From positions 29,551 to 93,550 of the IMG/VR virus record IMGVR_UViG_3300021963_000069: 64,000 nucleotides of DNA. One strand, 5' to 3'. A model generated the notes under the pieces. It searched no databases and was not told the origin of the DNA. It saw only the letters and a list, made by a program, of their open reading frames with translations. The stretch is from a virus. A program made the position numbers and the translations under genes. Position 1 is the first letter of the stretch; every line of letters begins with the position of its first letter. Positions 31,730 through 40,324 of the stretch are shown piece by piece.

Positions 31730-31800
31730 CCCCGGATTCCAGTAGAATTCTAGAGTACCGCACCTGCCTTGAAATAGTTGGATATAAAGAAAGAAAAAAA
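31730..31800 (+). promoter_or_regulatory. Plus-strand sigma70 promoter element, copy 1, with no ORF downstream
   Basis: TTGACA-tgggccccggattccag-TAGAAT then gtacc..CCTGCC..gaaatagttggatataaa; near-identical to 34212 and 37420. Confidence 0.75.
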
Positions 31801-31828
31801 GCGTTAAGTATAACTTAACGCTTCGCAG

Positions 31829-31996
31829 TTAGATATGCGCTTTGCGCCATTCCTCAGGTAATTGTTTATATTTTTCCCTGAAATATGCCGCGATCTCAAC
31901 TGCACTTGAGACGCCAACATAGGCGCCTGCCCTATACATCGCCCACTCAATCTGGCGGGTTTCGATGTTAACAGCGGGAGAGAAAGTTCTTGCCAT
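31829..31996 (-). CDS. Small early hypothetical protein (55 aa, not in the ORF track)
   Basis: MARTFSPAVNIETRQIEWAMYRAGAYVGVSSAVEIAAYFREKYKQLPEEWRKAHI. Confidence 0.55.
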   Translation of the reverse strand: MARTFSPAVNIETRQIEWAMYRAGAYVGVSSAVEIAAYFREKYKQLPEEWRKAHI

Positions 31997-32068
31997 AAAC
32001 TATAAAGAAAGAAAGAAATGGGAAAGTGTAAAGAATGGGGGGATGATTGGTCCCCCCTTAAGTATAAC

Positions 32069-32305
32069 TTAGTGTGCCAGATAATCCTCCCAAAATTCAG
32101 CACCAAACTCTAGAGAATTGACCAGGTTGTCATAAATTACCTGCCCGTTTTCGGTCAGGGAATCATACCCATTCCACGCCATTCCGGGGCGGAAATAGTT
32201 ACTGATACGTGACAACTTAGCGTAGAGTTCACTACACTGCCCGCCGTGATAATCGGCGCAGAAAGCATAATGGGCGGATACTATGTCGAATCGGTCGAAA
32301 TACAT
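32069..32305 (-). CDS. Early hypothetical protein
   Basis: MYFDRFDIVSAHY...YHGGQ.SELYAKLSRI...LTENG..IY, a recurrent phage family pattern. Confidence 0.7.
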   Translation of the reverse strand: MYFDRFDIVSAHYAFCADYHGGQCSELYAKLSRISNYFRPGMAWNGYDSLTENGQVIYDNLVNSLEFGAEFWEDYLAH

Positions 32306-32370
32306 GAGTCTAGAAAGTGTAGAGGAAAGTGTAAAGAATTGGAGGGGGATTGCTCCCCCTTAAGTGTAAT

Positions 32371-32682
32371 CTAGACGCAATATCTCCCAACTACGATACG
32401 CTCACAGGATTCAATTATCTTAACTACAATCCCGCTGAAAAACGTTTCATTCAATATACCTTGCCATCCGTCGCGCAAAATATCACCCTCGGTGCGCATA
32501 AAGTCTGCCAGAGTGTACACTTGCCCCCGATAGTTGAAGAACATCGCATAGGCATAGTCGAAATCTTGATCTTCCATCCAATCATACTCGGCGCGGAGTT
32601 TAGTATACTGGGCGCTGGAAAGTTGGAACGCGCTGATGAGATCGCGGGGAACGTTGTTAGTCTTGACGGTGATAGTGGACAT
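32371..32682 (-). CDS. Early hypothetical protein (start MSTITVKTN)
   Basis: TNNVPR...FFNYRG.VY.L.DFMR...WQG...ETFFSG; start lies just behind a promoter. Confidence 0.7.
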   Translation of the reverse strand: MSTITVKTNNVPRDLISAFQLSSAQYTKLRAEYDWMEDQDFDYAYAMFFNYRGQVYTLADFMRTEGDILRDGWQGILNETFFSGIVVKIIESCERIVVGRYCV

Positions 32683-33134
32683 GTCAGCGGTGCGTTTGAC
32701 TTCATCACAATAAACCCTAGGACCGGATCCCGCAACCCCTAAACTGTAGCGTCCTGATACCAAAATCGAAACTCGTTTGATCAGCAACGCTAATGGTTCG
32801 AGACTCGCGGTTGGGCAGCAGACCGACTAGACTATGGGAACAACAGAAGAGGGAGCGCAGAGAGCGCGATGATACAAATCTAGTAACTCACCCTGCCATG
32901 GTATAATCTCGTAAAATATAAAGAATAAAGAATCAATTAAATGTAAAAATATAAAGAATAACAAATCGAATCATTCTTTATATCTTTATACTTAGTTAAA
33001 TGTAATTTTATACTTAGTTAAATGTAAAGATATAAAGAATTAGACAGGACTGAATGTAAAGAATAAACCACACCACTGACAATAAATTACATTCAATCCT
33101 GAGTAGTTCCTTATATCTTTAGATCTTTAGATCT

Positions 33135-33266
33135 TTATACCAACCTCGCAGGACTTCCGCAAGAGATATAAAACTCTACCATACGTTTTGCCTCTTCTAA
33201 CGTATTAAATGATTGTCTGCGCCATTCACAATCGCCATACGGAATCTGATAAGTTACAATAAACAT
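33135..33266 (-). CDS. Small conserved cyanophage protein (43 aa, not in the ORF track)
   Basis: MFIVTYQIPYGDCEWRRQSFNTLEEAKRMVEFYISCGSPARLV. Confidence 0.7.
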   Translation of the reverse strand: MFIVTYQIPYGDCEWRRQSFNTLEEAKRMVEFYISCGSPARLV

Positions 33267-33395
33267 GATGATGTAATGCGTGTCGAGATGATGTAATGAA
33301 TGTGTGTCGAGATGTATGATATGTTATGATATGATACATCTCACGAGATGTGTATGTAATCTCGACGAGATTTGTGTATATTCTCGTCGAGATTT
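33265..33395. repeat. Intergenic cluster of CTCG(A/T)CGAG and GTCGAGATG motifs
   Basis: atctcgacgagat, tctcgtcgagat and several gtcgagatg in an ATG/TAT-rich background. Confidence 0.8.
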
Positions 33396-33407
33396 GTATC
33401 TTTATAT

Positions 33408-33713
33408 CTACTTTGCTGCCGCCCAGTTCATCACTTCCAGCATCTCTTCAGTTGTTACCCAACCCCTAACTTGATCACAATCGGGACAACCAGGGAATCC
33501 AGTTACAAACTCACCATCAGGGGCGATGACGGCAATCTCAGCATCAGGAGAATTGTGATCGCTCCACACTTTAACAGTGTCACCAACTTCTAGATCGGAA
33601 AACCTGTTTTCAAACCTGTTTTCACAGTAGTTACCAGCGCCAAACATAACGCTGACGGTGAAACCGTTCGGGAAAGTTGTTTGGAATCCCTTTTGAGCGA
33701 AAGTCTTAAACAT
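33408..33713 (-). CDS. Early hypothetical protein
   Basis: GFQTTFPNGFTVSVMFGAGNYC...AEIAV...VRGW; preceded by a promoter cassette. Confidence 0.75.
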   Translation of the reverse strand: MFKTFAQKGFQTTFPNGFTVSVMFGAGNYCENRFENRFSDLEVGDTVKVWSDHNSPDAEIAVIAPDGEFVTGFPGCPDCDQVRGWVTTEEMLEVMNWAAAK

Positions 33714-33729
33714 GGTCGGGTCCGGCGGT

Positions 33730-33798
33730 TGACTTGTTAAGTATAGGAGATGGATGGGGGGTCGCGGGACCCCCCGGTGACACTTAACAGATTGTCAC
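33730..33798 (-). promoter_or_regulatory. Early promoter cassette (22-bp box, hairpin, TATACT)
   Basis: GTGACAATCTGTTAAGTGTCAC-c-GGGGGGTC-ccgc-GACCCCCC...TATACT; near-identical copy at 34685-34753. Confidence 0.8.
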
Positions 33799-34091
33799 AC
33801 CTCCACCGATTCGATGTCACCGTGGCGCCGAGCATGGGCGATCAGCGACCCCCAGGAGACGCTGGAACGTGCTTCCGGGTCCCCCAGAAGGTCAAACCAC
33901 TTAGCAGCGGTCGCATCGTCTTCGACGGCGAACCTGTATACCTTGGGACTGGTGCGCCACTGGATCAGCGCATCATAAGCGTCGGTGCCATCAGCAGCAG
34001 GGACCAGTTCCAGCATCTTGATGGCGCCGGACTCTTCAGGGGTGAAGACCCAGGAGACTTTCAGGGAGTGGGCGGTGAGCGTTGCGGGCAT
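33795..34091 (-). CDS. Early hypothetical protein, paralog of 43290-43577
   Basis: Shared FTxEESxA..M.E.VP.ADG.D.YD, RTS.KVYR..VEDDATA, SWGSL. Confidence 0.75.
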   Translation of the reverse strand: MPATLTAHSLKVSWVFTPEESGAIKMLELVPAADGTDAYDALIQWRTSPKVYRFAVEDDATAAKWFDLLGDPEARSSVSWGSLIAHARRHGDIESVEV

Positions 34092-34150
34092 GGTCGGTTT
34101 TGTTTGGAACTCCCATATCCTAGACCATTGGGAACCCATCCGGACGGTCC

Positions 34151-34186
34151 AAACCTGAAGAAAACCTGAAGAAAACCTGAAGAAAC
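34151..34186. repeat. Three tandem 11-bp units AAACCTGAAGA
   Basis: Read directly; lies between divergent promoters. Confidence 0.8.
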
Positions 34187-34211
34187 CAATTGTTAAGAGT
34201 TGCTAAAATGC

Positions 34212-34295
34212 TTGACAGGGGCCCCGGATTCCAGTAGACTTGATCCGTACCCACCCTGCCCTGAAATAGTTAGATATAAAAAAATATAAAAAAAG
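34212..34295 (+). promoter_or_regulatory. Plus-strand sigma70 promoter element, copy 2
   Basis: TTGACA-ggggccccggattccag-TAGACT..gtacc..CCCTGCC..gaaatagttagatataaa. Confidence 0.75.
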
Positions 34296-34341
34296 AAGGG
34301 CACTAAGTATAACTTAGCACCCTTGAGTTTGCTATACTAAC

Positions 34342-34665
34342 TCAGGCAAGTCTCATACCAGAGAAGAAAGGAATCACACCGTTGCCGGCATAATTTAAGA
34401 ACCACTTAAAGTTCTTTTGGAATACACCTTCGCCAGGCAATCCGTGAGCGGAAAGTATAGCGTTGAGGCGACTCTTTGTTGTGTTTGACTGATACCCACC
34501 ATCAAACAATTCGATAGAGTGAGAACCTACCCGAGCAATCAAATTGCCGTGAAGATATACATCAGAAACATCAGTTCCACTATAGTAAATCACCTCAGTG
34601 TTATCTTGCTTCCAATCAATTTTGTTATTGATCGCAGCGTTCATCTGGCGTTCGATTTTGCGCAT
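34342..34665 (-). CDS. Conserved cyanophage early hypothetical protein
   Basis: MRKIERQMNAAI...VYLHGNLIA...DGGYQSNTTKSRLNA...VFQKNFKWF. Confidence 0.8.
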   Translation of the reverse strand: MRKIERQMNAAINNKIDWKQDNTEVIYYSGTDVSDVYLHGNLIARVGSHSIELFDGGYQSNTTKSRLNAILSAHGLPGEGVFQKNFKWFLNYAGNGVIPFFSGMRLA

Positions 34666-34749
34666 GGTCGGTTCCGGTGTGGTTGACTTGTTAATCTTAA
34701 ACGATGGATGGGGGATCCTGCGATCCCCCAGGTGACACTTAACAGATTG

Positions 34750-35052
34750 TCACAGACCCAGGAAGCGGGCGATCCGCTCACGCTTGCGAAGCGGCATCAG
34801 GCGCTTATAAGAAACGATGCGACGATTGCCGATCTTAAGATCATACCGACGCACCAAACCTTTGCCTGCCATCTCTTTAAGCATCAGGCACAGACTTGTG
34901 CGGGCAGCATTACTCAAACCCAGCGCGGACTTAATCTCCGGAGAGTTAAGACCGTGAACTTTCTTGTTGCTATCCATAGGCAATACAGAGAGAATCGCCC
35001 ACTGGTAGGTAGCACCAAAAGATTTGGGATTGGTGATGGTGGTAGAAAACAT
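34750..35052 (-). CDS. Basic early protein, possible winged helix
   Basis: AILSVL...SPEIKSALGLS..ARTSL..MLKEMAGKGLVRR resembles a wHTH pattern. Confidence 0.6.
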   Translation of the reverse strand: MFSTTITNPKSFGATYQWAILSVLPMDSNKKVHGLNSPEIKSALGLSNAARTSLCLMLKEMAGKGLVRRYDLKIGNRRIVSYKRLMPLRKRERIARFLGL

Positions 35053-35411
35053 TTGACTGAGTGATTGACTACCCCTAAAGAATCTCACAGATTCGACGGC
35101 AGGTCAAGGGGTTTCGATCAGTTCCAAAAGTGGCACAAGACCCCCACAGAAGCGGCAGCAAGGTCGCTATACTATAGGAAAGCAAGAGAGGGGCGGGAAC
35201 CCCGACGACGACCACTTATAGGACACTCACCCTGCCAAGGTATAATTCAGTAAAATATAAAGAATAAAGAATCAAATTGTTGTTTTATACTTTATACTTA
35301 GTTAAATGTAAACAATAAAAATCAAATCCTTATTGTATTCTTTATACTTAGTTAAATGTAAAGAATAAAAGAGAGAGTTAGAATCATAATCCTAACTCTC
35401 TTGTTTGTTTG

Positions 35412-35606
35412 TTATACAGGAGAGAGAATGATAGCGTCCTGATGCTTATAATGTGTCAAAGTGTTAATTACACCTTGCTCTGTCATCGGTTTGCGACAGA
35501 CTGGTAAACCTTTCTCCCATCCCGTAGCAATCCATCCCGCACTTGTCTTGTCAAATGTAACAGACTCACCCGTGATCTGTATGTAACGAATGTTATTGAG
35601 ATTCAT
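35412..35606 (-). CDS. Hypothetical protein
   Basis: 64-aa ORF co-oriented with the operon, followed by a hairpin at 35371-35401. Confidence 0.55.
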   Translation of the reverse strand: MNLNNIRYIQITGESVTFDKTSAGWIATGWEKGLPVCRKPMTEQGVINTLTHYKHQDAIILSPV

Positions 35607-35609
35607 GAT

Positions 35610-35715
35610 GATGATGTAATGATGTCGAGATGTAATGATGATAATGAATGTATGTGTATCTCGACGAGAATGTATGTGTATCTCGTCGAGATTTAACTAT
35701 AATCTAGTCGAGACT
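35610..35715. repeat. Intergenic CTCG(A/T)CGAG cluster
   Basis: atctcgacgaga and atctcgtcgagat, each preceded by gaatgtatgtgt. Confidence 0.8.
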
Positions 35716-35971
35716 AGAAGTCGAAAACGTCTCCGTTAATCTCGGCGCGATTAACTTTAGGATCATTCCACTTTACACCGTCAGGAGTCTCTTTAGTGCC
35801 ACATTCGTAGAACAATTCCAGCAATTCTTCATAGCAGCAGACATCATTTTGCTGAATGTAATCCTGGACCGATTCATCATTCTCAATCCACAAGACCACA
35901 TTCCAGGTCTCATAATTGGTCCAACCGTTATAGGTTTGGTCGGTCAGGCAGGTCTGGTAGGTTGCGGTCAT
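35714..35971 (-). CDS. Conserved phage hypothetical protein (YNGWTNYETW family)
   Basis: YNGWTNYETWNVVLWIEND...TPDGVKW. Confidence 0.8.
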   Translation of the reverse strand: MTATYQTCLTDQTYNGWTNYETWNVVLWIENDESVQDYIQQNDVCCYEELLELFYECGTKETPDGVKWNDPKVNRAEINGDVFDF

Positions 35972-36190
35972 CGGTCGGTGTCGTTGGTGGTTGACTTGTT
36001 AAGTATAGGGTCTTGGGGGGGAAAGGTCAACCCCCCGAACCATTAGTGTTACTTATGAGTTTGGACGGTTTGATACTGATATAACTTAATGCCTGCTTTT
36101 ACACCATCGATGATATACATCCACATCAACAAAGAAACAACCAAAACAAAACTATAGGAGAAGATTTTGGGGATTTTAGTCATGATTGTT

Positions 36191-36442
36191 TCAGTTAAAT
36201 TGGGAGATCCATTCGGTGACTTTTTTCTGTGCAATCTCAAAAGAATTACACTTACACTTACGAAACTTGGGCATTTCAAAGTGCTTTGAGATCAGTTCAA
36301 GTTTTCCTTCACGAAAACAAAAGATTCCATAATGTGCATTATGAAAGATATTGAACTTCCAATCTTCAGGAGATTCAACTGCAACTTTAAGAAAGATTGA
36401 AGTAGAACCACCTAGAGAAGATTGATCAGTCTTAAAATACAT
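36191..36442 (-). CDS. Early hypothetical protein (start MYFKTDQ)
   Basis: W..NIFHN..Y.IF...KFRK.K; start follows a promoter cassette. Confidence 0.65.
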   Translation of the reverse strand: MYFKTDQSSLGGSTSIFLKVAVESPEDWKFNIFHNAHYGIFCFREGKLELISKHFEMPKFRKCKCNSFEIAQKKVTEWISQFN

Positions 36443-36530
36443 TTGAGGTGTCGTGGTGGTTGACTTGTTAAGTATGGCACCCCTTAGGGGTCTTTGGGGT
36501 GCCTCTTGTGCCACTTATGCGACTGGCACA

Positions 36531-36701
36531 TCAATTAGAGGGAAAGTTAGCACAAACAGAATCACACAGAGTTTTTATCAATTCATTCTGTGCGACAACG
36601 TATTCATCGCCCCATGTATCCCAGAAGAATCCTTCAATGATACATTCAATGTCGCTCATGAGTTGTTCACGAGCACTCAACATTTCAAGTTTGGGATTCA
36701 T
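36531..36701 (-). CDS. Small acidic protein (56 aa, not in the ORF track)
   Basis: MNPKLEMLSAREQLMSDIECIIEGFFWDTWGDEYVVAQNELIKTLCDSVCANFPSN; ATGA overlap with the upstream ORF. Confidence 0.65.
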   Translation of the reverse strand: MNPKLEMLSAREQLMSDIECIIEGFFWDTWGDEYVVAQNELIKTLCDSVCANFPSN

Positions 36702-36826
36702 TTGCGGAGAGGAGAATTGAAGTAGGAACGAAATACTGAAACCACGATGATTGCGGTGGAGATGACACCAATCAACCCGAGGTAGGTTACAGCGTCACCA
36801 GTGAAACTAAGCGAGTCAGGAGTCAT
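36698..36826 (-). CDS. Single-transmembrane mini-protein (42 aa)
   Basis: MTPDSLSFTGDAVTYLGLIGVISTAIIVVSVFRSYFNSPLRK. Confidence 0.65.
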   Translation of the reverse strand: MTPDSLSFTGDAVTYLGLIGVISTAIIVVSVFRSYFNSPLRK

Positions 36827-36944
36827 TTTGTGTTACGGGAATGAATGGAATTGGGATCAAATGGACCCACTTGATTGAGATCCTCAGCATAAAAGAGAGT
36901 GCCGAAGAATACAATTACAACGGCACTAATGATAAGAGTCATAA

Positions 36945-37070
36945 TCAAAAATCGTAATCAGCAGCGAGATAACCATCAAAATCGAACTTCTCTTGTTCTT
37001 CTTGAAGTTCAAGAATGTCAAAGATTTCACCTGGAGTTTCTTGAATCTCGTTCCAAAGTTCGTCAAACAT
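36945..37070 (-). CDS. Very acidic mini-protein (41 aa)
   Basis: MFDELWNEIQETPGEIFDILELQEEQEKFDFDGYLAADYDF; directly behind a promoter cassette. Confidence 0.7.
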   Translation of the reverse strand: MFDELWNEIQETPGEIFDILELQEEQEKFDFDGYLAADYDF

Positions 37071-37141
37071 GATCGTGATTTGGTTGGGACTTGTTAAGTG
37101 TAATGGGTCGAGAGGGGGATCGGCGTCCCCCTTGTGCCAGT

Positions 37142-37312
37142 TTAGTAACCGTTCAGGAAGTCTGCGAGTGCTTCCTTGTACTCTTCCTCCGTCTCGAAGG
37201 TCCTAAGACCTATGGTGCAGGGGAAGGTCTTCCTAGGGGCAGGAGTGCGGCACTCAGCGGCACTGTAACCCTTCTCCATCAGGTGCTGAACGTAGGGATT
37301 GGATTGAGTCAT
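37142..37312 (-). CDS. Small early protein (true start MTQSNPY)
   Basis: FPCTIGLRTFETEEEYKEALADFLNGY; the longer listed ORF runs through promoter DNA. Confidence 0.65.
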   Translation of the reverse strand: MTQSNPYVQHLMEKGYSAAECRTPAPRKTFPCTIGLRTFETEEEYKEALADFLNGY

Positions 37313-37419
37313 GGTCTGGTGTGATTGACTCCGTAATCCTACACCATCGAGCACCCCTACCGCGAGTCGAAACCTTAAGAGATCCGGAAGAACCCGAATG
37401 TGACAGATCGTGAAATTGC

Positions 37420-37505
37420 TTGACAGGGCACCCGGATTCCAGTAGACTTCTAGAGTACCGACCCTGCCCGGAAATAGTTGGGTATAAAGAATATAAAAAA
37501 AACTT
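37420..37505 (+). promoter_or_regulatory. Plus-strand sigma70 promoter element, copy 3
   Basis: TTGACA-gggcacccggattccag-TAGACT-tctagagtaccga-CCCTGCC-cggaaatagttgggtataaa. Confidence 0.75.
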
Positions 37506-37687
37506 AAGGATGGATGATTATAATCTATGTGTCCCACATAACAAATATAATAAAAAGGCAAGGACACCACTCCCTGCCTTATACTATCCACCCACACATG
37601 TTTATATAATAGCACCACAGGAGTAACTTTTCTTAATAGTAGGGGCAAACACCATTCCCCTAAATAGTATAAAATGATTTAAATAAA

Positions 37688-38137
37688 ATGTTCGAGCATC
37701 CAACTCATAAAGGTTATTATGTCACAGAGGATGGAAAAGTAATAGGAAAAAAAGGAAACTATTTGAAATCATATATCTGCCCTAAAGGTTATTTAAAAAT
37801 GAAAGTTAATGGAGTGAGTAGATTAGTTCACAGATTAGTTGCCGAAACATTTATTCCAAATCCAAATAATTTACCTCAAGTCAATCATATTGATAAAGAC
37901 AAAACAAACAATAACATTTCAAACTTAGAATGGTGTACCGATACATACAATAAACATCACGCAATAGGTAAGATAGGAATAATATACAAAATATTTAAGA
38001 ATGGAGTTTCTTATACAGAAACAAATAATTTACATGAATTTGCGAAAGAGCATAATGTATCAAAATCAAGAATGTATAATATCATAGGAACAGGAAAAGA
38101 ATGTAAAGGATTTAAAGTAGAGGTGATTATGATATGA
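37688..38137 (+). CDS. HNH homing endonuclease
   Basis: LVHRLVAETFIPNPNNLPQVNHIDKDKTNNNISNLEW; AT-rich; opposite strand to its neighbours. Confidence 0.92.
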   Translation: MFEHPTHKGYYVTEDGKVIGKKGNYLKSYICPKGYLKMKVNGVSRLVHRLVAETFIPNPNNLPQVNHIDKDKTNNNISNLEWCTDTYNKHHAIGKIGIIYKIFKNGVSYTETNNLHEFAKEHNVSKSRMYNIIGTGKECKGFKVEVIMI

Positions 38138-38202
38138 TGTCGAGATGTATGATATGATGTGTTATGTCTCGTCGAGATTATACACACATCTCGACGAGAT
38201 TT
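38135..38202. repeat. Intergenic CTCG(A/T)CGAG cluster
   Basis: tctcgtcgagat...atctcgacgagat. Confidence 0.8.
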
Positions 38203-38209
38203 GATTCAG

Positions 38210-38626
38210 TTAGAACGAAGAACTGAATACATAACCATCCACGAAGTCGTAATCATATGACAGATTCTGCTCCCAAGTTGCTTCCCAATCTACTACAAGA
38301 AACGCTGGAACATCACCAATATTATTGTAATACTCTTCCGCAAAGTCTGCACCAGAATCATAGGCACCATAGTAGGCATCTTCAGTATGTTCGGCATAAG
38401 AAACCCCATGATAGTCGATAAAGGCATCAACTACATCATAACCAATGTGCTCGCCCGCTTTAATGTAATCATCATAGAATAGAACGAAGTCAGTCTCACC
38501 GTGCTCATCAATAAACTTGAGAGCATCATCTAGGTCATACTCACCTTCGATACAGTTTTCTTCGATGAACTCAACGGTTTGGGGTTGAAGAACTTCTTTG
38601 TAGTTAGTAGTCATCGTGGTAGTCAT
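38210..38626 (-). CDS. ArdA-like antirestriction (DNA mimic) protein
   Basis: Highly acidic; YYGAYDSGADFAEEYY...VPAFLVVDWEATW..L.YDY...DGYVF resembles the ArdA C-terminal domain. Confidence 0.7.
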   Translation of the reverse strand: MTTTMTTNYKEVLQPQTVEFIEENCIEGEYDLDDALKFIDEHGETDFVLFYDDYIKAGEHIGYDVVDAFIDYHGVSYAEHTEDAYYGAYDSGADFAEEYYNNIGDVPAFLVVDWEATWEQNLSYDYDFVDGYVFSSSF

Positions 38627-38938
38627 GGGGTGAATTGCTTGAGTACGAATGTAGAATAACAGGGTTGGAGCAGGAAGTCTAGGGGTTCTGTGCCAGTTCC
38701 TAGACTGTCACAATTTCGTGAAGAAATACTTCTGCTTCACTCTGACCTTGGTTATACTGAATCAGTGCGATTTCATCATTGATTTGTTGAAACGAAACAA
38801 TTGTATAATCAATACCTTCAATTGGATCGGGGTCATTCCAAATCAGATTTGCCATTGGGATTTCTCAAGTACGAATGTAGAATAACAGGGTTTGAGGCAT
38901 CCCACAAGGGGTTCTGTGCCACTTTCGCAACTGGCACC

Positions 38939-39157
38939 CTACCGGGCACTAATGCGAATAGTTTCCATCAACATCATCGATAGATCCATGCGATTATCTT
39001 CATCAATCAAAGGAATGTTCTCTGCGACATAATCACTAATCAATTCCATCATAATTTCTGTTATACGATCATCCTGATATATGAAGGATGCCATATCATC
39101 CTTAAATCCATCACGCAGAAGTTTGAGTGATTTTGTAACCGAGTCTTGTTGTGTCAT
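38939..39157 (-). CDS. Acidic hypothetical protein
   Basis: 72-aa co-oriented ORF ending at a promoter box. Confidence 0.65.
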   Translation of the reverse strand: MTQQDSVTKSLKLLRDGFKDDMASFIYQDDRITEIMMELISDYVAENIPLIDEDNRMDLSMMLMETIRISAR

Positions 39158-39394
39158 AATAATCAGTTGGTGAGGAGAGTAACTTCAGTAACGTCGATGT
39201 TTTGCTTGAGAAGTTTATCATTGAACTTCCTTCGTTTAGCATTAGTATCTAAACAAGAAAGAGAATCAATCACAACTTCTATTGAAGGTGCGTTCTCATA
39301 ACTAAACTTAACTTTGTAGTGATTCATAATGAGTTGGGAACAATGGTAATATATCAGGCATCAGGGGCACCCACAAGCGCCCCTGTGCCACTTC

Positions 39395-39667
39395 CTAGAC
39401 TATCACCATATCAACTGCCCTTTCTACCTTAAAGTTTCCTCCTGGACCACACACTACAGAGTAAGGAATTGTACCGAACTCTTGAATTACTTCCCAATCC
39501 TCATGATTCACGCGAATGAGTACAGCACCATCCATCTCTGGATCCTGAAGATGACCATTATAGAATCCACAGGCATAACCAATTGTGCCACAGTGTGCGA
39601 ATTCATTAAAGAATCCGTGTTCGTTGGTGCCGAAACCAATTACTCGATAGGTAGTTCTGGTAGTCAT
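39395..39667 (-). CDS. Hypothetical protein (start MTTRTT)
   Basis: Start follows a promoter cassette; stop lies within the next box. Confidence 0.65.
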   Translation of the reverse strand: MTTRTTYRVIGFGTNEHGFFNEFAHCGTIGYACGFYNGHLQDPEMDGAVLIRVNHEDWEVIQEFGTIPYSVVCGPGGNFKVERAVDMVIV

Positions 39668-39986
39668 GGTCTGTTGGTTGGGTACGAATGTAGAATAACA
39701 GGGATTGGGGGTCCTTGGGAACCCCCTGTGTGCCAGTTTAAGCGGTGACCTCCATCCATTTAATTCCATTACGGAAGATAATCATAGGATCTCCATGATC
39801 ATCAACCGACCAATCAAAAGCAACATCAAGTGCATGATCTTCTGATGTAAAGAACTCCATGTCTTCAGGATTAGACTTAGGAGCAACAGACCAGGAAACG
39901 AATGCCATTTGTTTGTTTGGTTGACTTGTGAATCCTAAGGCACCCAGAGCGGGTCTTAGGTGCCTTCTGTGCCACTTATGCGATTG

Positions 39987-40196
39987 TCACAGTGCCATCA
40001 CCAGGTTCGCTACTCTTTCCTCACCGGGGAGTTCTTCTAATCGATGTGAGATATTCTCGAACTGCTGGATGATGTGAAGGTAATATGCCGACAGATGTAG
40101 ATCCTCAGCGTCATATAGATATAGTGCCTGTTCCTTATCACAAAGCGCAGAGATAATGTCTAGAACTTCACCAGAAGTCAGGGAGATGGTAGTCAT
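39987..40196 (-). CDS. Hypothetical protein (start MTTISL)
   Basis: Start follows a promoter cassette; TGA is part of the box GTGACA. Confidence 0.65.
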   Translation of the reverse strand: MTTISLTSGEVLDIISALCDKEQALYLYDAEDLHLSAYYLHIIQQFENISHRLEELPGEERVANLVMAL

Positions 40197-40221
40197 AATC
40201 AGTGAATTGGTGTCGAACATA

Positions 40222-40320
40222 TGTAATATAACCCCTGCGGCAGAATGCCACAAGGGTCTCTGTGCCACTTTAAGAACTGGCACAATCATACTTGACAGGG
40301 GTATAAGGTTATGTTATACT
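40222..40320. promoter_or_regulatory. Divergent promoters sharing one palindromic box
   Basis: Box GTGCCACTTTAAGAACTGGCAC at 40262-40283; plus strand TTGACA-17-TATACT (40292-40320); minus strand TTGTGG-17-TATATT. Confidence 0.8.
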
Positions 40321-40324
40321 ATCA

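Noticed and set aside
32985-33030. dif/Xer site suggested by TTAGTTAAAT
   Set aside because: Only a partial match to the XerD arm TTATGTTAAAT, with no XerC arm at the right spacing
37313-37648. N-terminal extension of the listed ORF 37142-37648
   Set aside because: It crosses divergent promoters and a repeated non-coding element
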